Notes: a model not told the origin generated them from the sequence alone. Shown: positions 9,584 to 17,123, counted from the stretch's first letter. The stretch: DNA of 64,000 nucleotides from an uncultured Gemmata sp. (GCA_937924775.1 CALDUT010000013.1:22073-86072); one strand, 5' to 3'. Translations and numbers: made by a program.

Positions 9584-9766
9584 ATGGATTTTCGTCCGCT
9601 TGCGGAAGCCGAACGCCGCCAGATTCTCACGGCCTTACGCGGTCACGCCGATCGTGGATTGGCCCTGTTGATGAACCCCAAAGATACCCGCTTCGCTGGT
9701 ACCGCGGAGGAAATCCCGGATGAACAAGTGGTTGCGGCCGTCAAATCGGTGCCGTGCCACTACTGA
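9584..9766 (+). CDS. 60-aa protein, candidate ThiS/MoaD-like (beta-grasp) ubiquitin-like modifier with atypical C-terminus -VPCHY
   Basis: GAGGA RBS 7 nt before the ATG. RGLALLMN and IPDEQVVAAVKSV resemble ThiS-type xGvAvavN and l.dGD.v.i..v segments. Lies directly upstream of E2 and E1 genes. Fold is inferred. Confidence 0.5.
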   Translation: MDFRPLAEAERRQILTALRGHADRGLALLMNPKDTRFAGTAEEIPDEQVVAAVKSVPCHY

Positions 9767-9902
9767 GAGTCGTCACGCAGCCGATGCGTCACAGCTCGTT
9801 CGGGCCAATAACCCCCGACCGATGAACGCGGATCATTCTCGTTGCAGGGAATGAGCAGCCCCCGCGGGCGTCGGTGGGCCTTGTGGATTCCGCGGAGGGG
9901 TC

Positions 9903-10328
9903 GTGGGACTACTCGATACTGAATTGGGCAAGCGGCGATTATTGGCCGTGGAAGTGCCGGCGATCGAACGCTACAACGCCGGCCGCGATCCCGAATTCCG
10001 CATCAGTGTCGCACGGGTCGGGAGTGGACTGGTGCTTTCCTATTGTCTCCAGCCGTGTCATAACATGTACCGGCTGGAGACGCGCTTGCTGTCCAGTTAT
10101 CCGATCGTCCCTCCAGAAACCCGCGTTCTGACACCCCTGAAACACTGCCCGCATCTACTCGAAGGGCAAACAATGTGCCTGTGGCGGCAAGGGTCGACCC
10201 GGGCCACCAGCCGCTGGGATGCCAGCCGCTTCACCTGTATTTTTGCCGTGGTGGCCGCGTGGCGATGGCTCTTGTGCTACGAGGTGTGGCACGAAACCGG
10301 CGAATGGCCCCTGCCTGAAGCCAAGTGA
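9903..10328 (+). CDS. Prokaryotic ubiquitin-conjugating enzyme E2 (UBC fold)
   Basis: GGAGG RBS plus GTG. KRRLLAVE helix, YRLETRLLSSYPIVPPETRVLTPLKHCPHLLEGQTMCLW (YPxxPP...HP...CL; Cys92), then RW...AAWRWL...YEVW..TGEWP. Confidence 0.8.
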   Translation: MGLLDTELGKRRLLAVEVPAIERYNAGRDPEFRISVARVGSGLVLSYCLQPCHNMYRLETRLLSSYPIVPPETRVLTPLKHCPHLLEGQTMCLWRQGSTRATSRWDASRFTCIFAVVAAWRWLLCYEVWHETGEWPLPEAK

Positions 10329-10576
10329 AGGTCTTCCCTACGCCCAGCCCGCAGGGTCACCTTCCGCCGTTGTATGGCAAAACGGGGCTTCTCCACACGC
10401 GGGTCCCGGGGCGCTGAGGTGTGGTCGGGGAACCGACCGCAGCCGCGAATCCCCAGCGGCCGACCACCACAGAACCGGTCTTCCCCCGCGCGTAAGCCCC
10501 AGCGCGAACCTCGGATATGTCCCGCAGCGGAAGCCAGCTTGCCAAACCCTCGACGTTTTAGACCAACCGACACATC

Positions 10577-11416
10577 ATGCATCTGCTGCAACTGGGTGCC
10601 GGAAGTGGCGGAATCGCAGTCCTCGACCTGGTAGCTCGCGATCCGCGAATCACCCACATCACCCTCATCGAACCGGATGTTTACCAACCGCATAATGTTT
10701 ATCGTCACTTGTTTCCCCCTTCTGCCGTTGGCCAGTTGAAAGCGGAACTGGCCCGCCAATGGGTGGAAACCCTGCGCCCTGACATTCACTTCCACACTCT
10801 GATCGCCGACATCACCGCTCCGCAGCGGCAAGCGGAGTTCGCCCGCTGCGCGGCGGCCTGCGATGTGGGCGTCTGCGCGGCCGACAATGAAGCCGCCAAG
10901 TTCGCCTTCGATGCTCTGCTGCGGGCTGCGGGCAAACCCTGGACGTTGGGAGAGGTCTTGAGCGGGGGTATCGGTGGTTGGGTTCACCGTTTCCTTCCTC
11001 AGGCCGCATGTTATGGCTGTGTGGCCAGTTATTTGCAGCGGGAAGTGGTCGAACAACCGGCTGGCCCCCCGCCGGATTACAACCAACCGCAGGCGGCGAT
11101 TACCGAAACCACGATCCCGGCGAGCAAAGCCGCCATCGCCGTAATCGCCAGTCTGCATGCCGTGGCGACTTTGGAGCTCCTCGATCCTGCTGGCGAATCG
11201 GAACCAGCCTGCCCCGAGGCGGTCCCGGGTTTCACCAGCTTGCTGGTGTCACTGCGGGTGGTCCCGGGCGTTTTTGAGGTGCCCTATCGCACGCACCGGT
11301 TGGTGATTCCTCGCTCTGCCGATTGCCTCACCTGCGGACCAACCGCGGCCCTTCCCACCGGAGATGCGCTCGATGCCGCCGTGGACGACGCGCTGGCTCG
11401 ATTGGGTTCGCGATAA
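10577..11416 (+). CDS. ThiF/MoeB/E1-family adenylyltransferase
   Basis: GAGSGG nucleotide loop, EPD...HNVYRH, GQLKAE, CAADN, Zn pairs CYGC (145-148) and CLTC (250-253). Confidence 0.9.
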   Translation: MHLLQLGAGSGGIAVLDLVARDPRITHITLIEPDVYQPHNVYRHLFPPSAVGQLKAELARQWVETLRPDIHFHTLIADITAPQRQAEFARCAAACDVGVCAADNEAAKFAFDALLRAAGKPWTLGEVLSGGIGGWVHRFLPQAACYGCVASYLQREVVEQPAGPPPDYNQPQAAITETTIPASKAAIAVIASLHAVATLELLDPAGESEPACPEAVPGFTSLLVSLRVVPGVFEVPYRTHRLVIPRSADCLTCGPTAALPTGDALDAAVDDALARLGSR

Positions 11417-12575
11417 CCTGCTCCGCCGTCGCCCGGTGCCGCTGGCGGTGGCCATTGGCTACGAACGCGCGGGGCAAACGCGGTGGGAAACGCCCATTCC
11501 GTGGTCGGCCGATGCCGTCGTGGTGGACGTTCTGGTTCCGTCGGGCTCCGCGACGCGTCGCAAAACGGATTTCACGCTGTGTTTGCCAGCCGCCGCCTTC
11601 CCCGCGGATACCCTGCGGCCCGACCTCAATAACCCCTGCCGCATCACCTTCCGCCTGCCCGTGCCCCACCACAGCACCCCCGGGGAACTGCGGTGGAGAG
11701 GCCGATTGTTGACGCCCCTGACTCTCCCGGTGCTGACTCCCCATGCGTTCCTCATGGGGCTGACGCTGACACACGTCACCACGGCTGTTCGGCTGGCCGG
11801 TACTACGGTGGCCGTCGGTGCGTTCGTGCCCCAAGCCTGTGAAGCCCTGCTGGCGACCGCGGTTCTCCACAGTAGCACACCACTGGAGCCGCTGGCCGAA
11901 TTGGGGCTGAAAGTCCTCTTCACAGAAGAGACGACCAACGCGACATTCCATGCCCCGGTCAGTCTGCCCTTGGCCCAATTGACACAGAATGAAGCGGCAG
12001 TGATCGCGGTTTCTCCGTTCACCCCCCAGCAACCCGGCAGTTGGAAAGTGACCTGGCAGGTGTGCGATAGGCCGCTGGCCACCCAGCGGATTGTGGCCAT
12101 CTCATCGGCGGGGTTCGAAGCCAGCGTCCGACTGCTCGACACCCGCTTTGCCATCATTGAATCGGGGGGAGCGGCCCGCACACTGAAACTGCCCTCATCG
12201 CTAACCGGGATTCAACGACTCGGTCCCTGTTTTGTACTGCACAGTACCGAAGCCGGAGCCGTCGGCGTCTGCCGCTTGGAGGTGACCGGCCTTTCCAGTG
12301 GCGATATGACCCCCGTCGTCCGGCATGAAACGGAGGTCCTCATCACCGATGTGCCGACGTTGTTCCTTCCGACGCTCTTTGATGTCGCGGATGTCACGCG
12401 TGTGGGCAGTTTTGAATTGCGGTTGAATGGCCACTTGCTGGGGATCGCGTCGTTGCGACCGGTGCCCGCGGCGACAGTGAATGCCGAAGGTGGCTTTCTG
12501 CCACCGCCGGAGTTCGTCTGGTCCTCGGCCGCGGAAGATGAATTGGCCGAACGCCTGAAACGCTTGCAGGGCTAG
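11373..12575 (+). CDS. 400-aa beta-rich protein (about three beta-sandwich-like units) ending in C-terminal Gly, overlapping the E1 gene
   Basis: GGAG 9 nt before ATG 11373; 44-nt overlap with the E1 3' end. Three roughly 120-aa segments ending GELRWRGRLL, GSWKVTWQVCDRPL and GSFELRLNGHLL. Tail EDELAERLKRLQG. Confidence 0.65.
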   Translation: MPPWTTRWLDWVRDNLLRRRPVPLAVAIGYERAGQTRWETPIPWSADAVVVDVLVPSGSATRRKTDFTLCLPAAAFPADTLRPDLNNPCRITFRLPVPHHSTPGELRWRGRLLTPLTLPVLTPHAFLMGLTLTHVTTAVRLAGTTVAVGAFVPQACEALLATAVLHSSTPLEPLAELGLKVLFTEETTNATFHAPVSLPLAQLTQNEAAVIAVSPFTPQQPGSWKVTWQVCDRPLATQRIVAISSAGFEASVRLLDTRFAIIESGGAARTLKLPSSLTGIQRLGPCFVLHSTEAGAVGVCRLEVTGLSSGDMTPVVRHETEVLITDVPTLFLPTLFDVADVTRVGSFELRLNGHLLGIASLRPVPAATVNAEGGFLPPPEFVWSSAAEDELAERLKRLQG

Positions 12576-12919
12576 CAGATGCTTGGTCCGTGGCGGGAAC
12601 GCCGCGATCTGCTCGCGGTGGGCCCCATGGTCCCCAATCCCTTCCCACCTCGCCCTCTTCCCTGATCCTTGAGGATTCCAGAACGGGACCATCCGCCGCA
12701 CGTTATCCGGCCGGCTGGTGTTACCTGCTTTCGTCCGTTAACGACGTCACTTCCCATGGATCATTTCGCGTAAATTGCCCAAACTGCCGCGCAAGCCGAG
12801 ATGCCGGCCTTCATCACTCTGATAGATCGCCGAGCTCGGCAAAACCGCTGACATCGGCCAAACCTGAACCGGGCCACCGGTCGATAGAAAATCGGGCTAA
12901 TTACTGACGAGGGTCTGTC

Positions 12920-14176
12920 ATGCCCGCGCCATTAGATCGACTCATTGAGGCACTCGCACAAAGTGGAATGACACGCTTCTTCCGCCGCCTCTTCGACGAC
13001 TACCCCGACCTGTTGATGAAAGACCAAACGGTGGAAGCGGTCGGGCCGGATCGTGCCATCAAACTGGGGGGCCGCTGGGTTACCAACTTCGGTTCTGACA
13101 GTTTCTTGGGTCTGGATCAAGATGAACGGGTTCTGGCCGCTATCGAACGTGGTGTTCGCACCTGGGGTAGCCACAACGGCAGCTCCCGGGCTTTCTCCAG
13201 TATCGCACCCAATGTCGAGGCCGAACACCAGATCGCCCAATGGCTGGGGACCGAAGCGGCGTTGATCTACCCCTCGGTGACACTAGCCAACATGGGGGCC
13301 TTACCCGGTCTTGTGACGCGGCACGATGTTCTTGTGGCCGATCAATTCGCTCACAATTCCATTGACGAAGGCTTAAAACTGGCCAAAGCCCGCGGCGTGC
13401 GCACCGCGAAATTCACCCACAACGATCCGGTGGCTCTCGAACGCACCCTTCGCGAACTGGCGCCGTACCGGCACGCGGTCATCGCGGTCGATGGCGTCTA
13501 CAGTATGAGCGGCCGTCTGCCGCCGTTGGACGAATTCCGCCGCATTGCGGAGGAATACAACGCCTGCCTGTATGTGGATGATGCTCACGCCACCGGGGTT
13601 CTGGGTCAAGCCGGTCGTGGAACTGTTTTGGAATCGCTCGGCAGTTATGACAACACCCTGACTGTGGGTTCGCTCTCCAAAGGCTTCTCGTGCTTGGGTG
13701 GCTTCATCGCGGGTACGCAAGCCGCCATCGACGTTCTCAAACTCCGCTCGAATTCACTGATCTTCGGCGGGCCGGTTCCACCCCCGTATCTGGAAGCGAT
13801 CCGCGTGGTTTTGGGGATTCTCATGTCCGATGAGTACCCGCAGCTGCGCCGCCGGCTGGATCAGAACGTTCGCCGGCTGACCGAAGGGGCGAAGCAGTTG
13901 GGGCTTGCGGTCATGGGCGGATTGGTGCCGATCGTTTCGGTCCTGGTGGGCGCGGAGGAAGCGACCTTGCAAGCCGGGCGATTCCTCTACGAGCGGGGTT
14001 ACTATGTGCAATCGGTGGTGTTTCCGGCGGTTCCCCACGGCGCCGGCGTGTTACGGATGCAAGTAAACGCCAATCATCACCCGCAACAAATTGATGGCCT
14101 TCTCGATGCTTTGGCCCTCTTGCCCCGCGTCGTCCCGATGCCCGATGCGTCCATCGTGGCTACGGCCGCGGCCTAA
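12920..14176 (+). CDS. PLP-dependent alpha-oxoamine synthase family enzyme (BioF/Kbl/SPT/CqsA-like)
   Basis: FGSDSFLGL, DQFAHNS, DGVYSMSG, YVDDAHATG, GSLSKGFS (PLP Lys). Substrate cannot be assigned from sequence. Confidence 0.8.
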   Translation: MPAPLDRLIEALAQSGMTRFFRRLFDDYPDLLMKDQTVEAVGPDRAIKLGGRWVTNFGSDSFLGLDQDERVLAAIERGVRTWGSHNGSSRAFSSIAPNVEAEHQIAQWLGTEAALIYPSVTLANMGALPGLVTRHDVLVADQFAHNSIDEGLKLAKARGVRTAKFTHNDPVALERTLRELAPYRHAVIAVDGVYSMSGRLPPLDEFRRIAEEYNACLYVDDAHATGVLGQAGRGTVLESLGSYDNTLTVGSLSKGFSCLGGFIAGTQAAIDVLKLRSNSLIFGGPVPPPYLEAIRVVLGILMSDEYPQLRRRLDQNVRRLTEGAKQLGLAVMGGLVPIVSVLVGAEEATLQAGRFLYERGYYVQSVVFPAVPHGAGVLRMQVNANHHPQQIDGLLDALALLPRVVPMPDASIVATAAA

Positions 14177-14269
14177 CGCCACCGGCACTACTGGCCGGTC
14201 GGGGGAATCGCTTCGCAGCAACACCCACGGCCAAGGATTCGGGGCGGCCCAGCTAGTTCCTAGGGGGGG

Positions 14270-14998
14270 TCAGTTGTCTGAGACTTTCGATTGGGCCGCT
14301 GTTTGAATCAATTCCCACAGCGTATGAGGGTTGAGCGGTTTGGGGAGCCAACCGTCGAAGCCATTGGGCCCCACGGGAATATTCACTTCCTTAGGGCTAG
14401 TGCTGCTCATGGAGTAAACCGTCAGTTTGGCGAGTCGTTCATCGGCCCGAATGCGACGCAGCGTCTCGGGTCCATCGCAGCGTGGCATCGCCATATCCAA
14501 AAAGATGATGTCTGGGAGTTGATTGGTCTGCAGGAACTTCAGAGCATCTTCCCCATCGGTGGCGGTGGTGCATTCACATCCGCTCATCACCAACAAGCTC
14601 GCGAGCAGTTCCCGCTGATTGAGGTCGTCTTCCACAATCAACGCATGGCACGGTTTGTCACGAACAACCGTTTTCTGCGGTTTATCGAGCTGTTCCAAGG
14701 CGGTTAACGCGGCCAAGAGGGTTCGTTCGGCATCCGCCGCGCGACCGGCTGCCCACTGCTTCTGTGCCAGGTGAACGGCGAGCGTAATTTTGCTCAGGGC
14801 ATTCGCACGATCGTGCCGCGCTTGATGAGCCGCCCTTTCCGATTCCCCGCCTTCCAATTCCTCGCGGAGAATACGAATCTCTGGGGGCGCTTCAATACCC
14901 ACTTGGGCACTGTGTTTGGCCACACGCAGTAGCTCGACGGTGATTCCTAACGCCGGGAAGACAATCCGTTCCCCAACACGACGGGTCAATACTAGCAT
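14270..14998 (-). CDS. CsrA (carbon storage regulator) domain fused to a response-regulator receiver domain
   Basis: Start moved to ATG 14998: MLVLTRRVGERI...VGIEAPPEIRILREE (CsrA). C-terminal ALIVEDD...IFLDMAMP...LPKP (REC). Confidence 0.85.
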   Translation of the reverse strand: MLVLTRRVGERIVFPALGITVELLRVAKHSAQVGIEAPPEIRILREELEGGESERAAHQARHDRANALSKITLAVHLAQKQWAAGRAADAERTLLAALTALEQLDKPQKTVVRDKPCHALIVEDDLNQRELLASLLVMSGCECTTATDGEDALKFLQTNQLPDIIFLDMAMPRCDGPETLRRIRADERLAKLTVYSMSSTSPKEVNIPVGPNGFDGWLPKPLNPHTLWELIQTAAQSKVSDN

Positions 14999-15429
14999 GG
15001 GATGGGTCTCCTTCCCCAAGGCTGTGAGCGAGGCGATACCTAGCGGCTCTGAGAGGCTACTACTAACACACTTCCCACAGCCAGTCAAAAATAAAATCCC
15101 CGAAACTTCCAGAATCCCCGCGGCGCCCAAGTTGCTACAACAGTGACAATCGCCGGGGGCTGCTGTGAACCCACCGTTTCAAGCCCACGGTAGGCCGTGC
15201 TAAAATACTGCTACCCGTGGGGCATCACCAGCCGTGATGCGCTCGCACAGGGCTTACCGGTGCGCCGATCCTGCGATTGATGGGCCAGCGGCAAGCGTCA
15301 CACCGTGGCGATAATGATGGTGTGAACACATGCGGCTTATGATCCAGAGGAATTTCGGCGGTCGGTATGATTCCCGACGAGGGTCGGCTGCCCGTGGCTC
15401 CATCCGTGGAAGTACTGCGGGGTCGTTGA

Positions 15430-15509
15430 GGTGAAATGGCGTTCATTCTGGAAGCTTTGGTAACGACACGGTGAAATGGCGTTAATTCTGGAAGCTTTGG
15501 TAACGACAC
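15430..15509 (+). repeat. 40-bp direct tandem duplication spanning the DUF447 start codon
   Basis: GGTGAAATGGCGTT(C/A)ATTCTGGAAGCTTTGGTAACGACAC x2 (15430-15469, 15470-15509) with one mismatch (15444 vs 15484). Confidence 0.95.
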
Positions 15510-16099
15510 GGCAAGCCGATGGCTCGGCCCATCTGGCCCCCATGGGCCCGCAGGTCGAAGCGGACGCAACCCGGTTCATCCTGCGGTTGTTTCCCACGTC
15601 CCAAACCTATCAGAACCTCCGCCAGCACCCGGAAGGAGTGATTCACATTACCGACGATGCCCTGCTTCTGGCCCAAGCGGCTATCGGTGCCCTGCGGGAA
15701 CTGCCGCCATTACGGACGGCGGAGCGGATTCGCGGTTTCGTTCTGGTCGATTGTTGCCGGTACTTTGAATTCGTGGTCCGTTCCTGGGACTGTCGCGGCG
15801 AACGTCATCGGCTCACCGCCGAAGTTGTTCATAGGGGCCGCGGCCGCGATTGGTTCGGCTTCAACCGTGCTAAGCATGCGATTGTCGAAGCCGCCATTTT
15901 GGCCACCCGATTGCACTTCTTACCGCACGCGGAAGTGGCCGCGGAGTTCGCCAAGTTGCGGGTGATTGTCGAAAAGACCGGCGGCCCTGAGGAACACGCC
16001 GCCCTGGAGTTGCTCGAAACGCATCTGCGGCAAGCGGAAAAGCAAACGGCGATGAAATCGGCCGCCTCACCACGGCTTGCGGCGGAGGAAAGACGATGA
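15476..16099 (+). CDS. DUF447 family protein (methanopterin/C1-cluster associated, FMN split-barrel-like)
   Basis: ILEALVTT...HLAPMG...TSQTYQNL...HITDD...FGFNRAKHAIVEAAILATR. ATGA overlap with the RFAP synthase gene. Confidence 0.8.
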   Translation: MALILEALVTTRQADGSAHLAPMGPQVEADATRFILRLFPTSQTYQNLRQHPEGVIHITDDALLLAQAAIGALRELPPLRTAERIRGFVLVDCCRYFEFVVRSWDCRGERHRLTAEVVHRGRGRDWFGFNRAKHAIVEAAILATRLHFLPHAEVAAEFAKLRVIVEKTGGPEEHAALELLETHLRQAEKQTAMKSAASPRLAAEERR

Positions 16100-17034
16100 T
16101 TCGCGTCGTCGCGCCGAGCCGCTTGCACTTCGGCCTGTTCCATGTTCCCACAGGCGAACCAACGGCGGCGAACGAACGCCGCTTCGGCGGGGTGGGGCTG
16201 ATGATCGACCAACCCGGCGTGGTGGTAGCGGCCCGTACCGCGGCGTCGTCGCAATTCGAAGGCTTGCTGGCCAGCCGAGCGCAGCAGTTCGCCACGCGGT
16301 TCCTCGTGTCGTTGCCGGAGAACCGCCGGCGGGCATTTCAAGTTCTCGTGGAACGTTGCCCGCGAGAACACATCGGTTTGGGTGTCGGTACACAGTTGGC
16401 CCTGGCAGTGGCCAAAGCGCTGGCCGTGGCGGGAGAAGAAGGCGATGGACCGGCCGTAACACTGGCCGAACGCGTGGGCCGGGGCGAACGATCCGCCGTG
16501 GGGGTTCATGGTTTCGAGGTCGGCGGATTGATTGTCGAAGCGGGGAAACGACCCGGCGAAACTATTTCCCCCCTGTTGGCCCAGGTGAACCTTCCAGCCG
16601 CCTGGCGCGTGGTGCTGTTTATTCCCCCCGCGGCCGGGCATTGGCATGGCGAAGCGGAACAGCGGGCCTTTGCCGCGGCCACTCCCGGCCAACCCGAAAC
16701 GTTGCGAACCATCGCCGAACACGGGATTCTGCCCGCCGCTCGGCGGGGCGATTTGCCGACGTTTGGAGAAGCGGTTTACGAGTTCAACCGCAAAGCGGGC
16801 GAACCTTTTGCTCCGGCCCAAGGCGGTGTCTACGCTTCACGCGACGTGGCCGAACTGATCGCGGCCATCCGCAACTGCGGCATCTCGGCGGTGGGGCAAA
16901 GCTCGTGGGGGCCCACCGTCTTTGCGGTGGTGGAAGATAGCGACACCGCTATGGCACTGTTGTTACGCTTCGGTCACCGTGTTCCGGCTTTCATAGCGCG
17001 GATCGCCACTGGCCATCGGGTCGAGAAGACCTGA
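16096..17034 (+). CDS. mptG: Beta-ribofuranosylaminobenzene 5'-phosphate (RFAP) synthase, GHMP superfamily
   Basis: APSRLHFGL, RRFGGVGL, EHIGLGVGTQLALA, GRGERSAVGVHGF..GG.IVEAG, GQSSWGPTVF. Confidence 0.85.
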   Translation: MIRVVAPSRLHFGLFHVPTGEPTAANERRFGGVGLMIDQPGVVVAARTAASSQFEGLLASRAQQFATRFLVSLPENRRRAFQVLVERCPREHIGLGVGTQLALAVAKALAVAGEEGDGPAVTLAERVGRGERSAVGVHGFEVGGLIVEAGKRPGETISPLLAQVNLPAAWRVVLFIPPAAGHWHGEAEQRAFAAATPGQPETLRTIAEHGILPAARRGDLPTFGEAVYEFNRKAGEPFAPAQGGVYASRDVAELIAAIRNCGISAVGQSSWGPTVFAVVEDSDTAMALLLRFGHRVPAFIARIATGHRVEKT

Positions 17035-17123
17035 TGCCAGAGTCGTTGTGAGATTCACGGCACGGCTTTCACAGAGTTGGTATCATTCTGCCCAGTCCAG
17101 TGCGAGCTTCCTGAGAATTGGTA

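Noticed and set aside
9382-9723. 113-aa ORF (MSIRNQSS...GGNPG) upstream of and overlapping the 60-aa gene, considered as an alternative Gly-terminated modifier
   Set aside because: Pro/Thr low-complexity sequence, no RBS, no beta-grasp pattern, and it overlaps the better-supported 9584-9766 ORF in another frame.
9584-9766. Pup/UBact-type prokaryotic tag
   Set aside because: Pup and UBact end in GG(E/Q) or R(S/T)G(E/Q) and sit with PafA/Dop/proteasome genes; neither feature is present.
10577-11416. Ordinary thiamine or molybdopterin ThiF/MoeB, or RiPP-maturation E1
   Set aside because: No thiG/thiS-GG, moaD/moaE, rhodanese or precursor/transporter genes nearby; the adjacent E2 points to conjugation.
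12820-12900. Possible c-di-GMP-I riboswitch (GGCAAAACC...GGCCAAACC) upstream of the oxoamine synthase
   Set aside because: Too short, and lacks the GNRA tetraloop/receptor and P1 pairing.
15430-15509. CRISPR-like repeat
   Set aside because: Two abutting 40-bp copies with no spacer, coding in content, and no cas genes.
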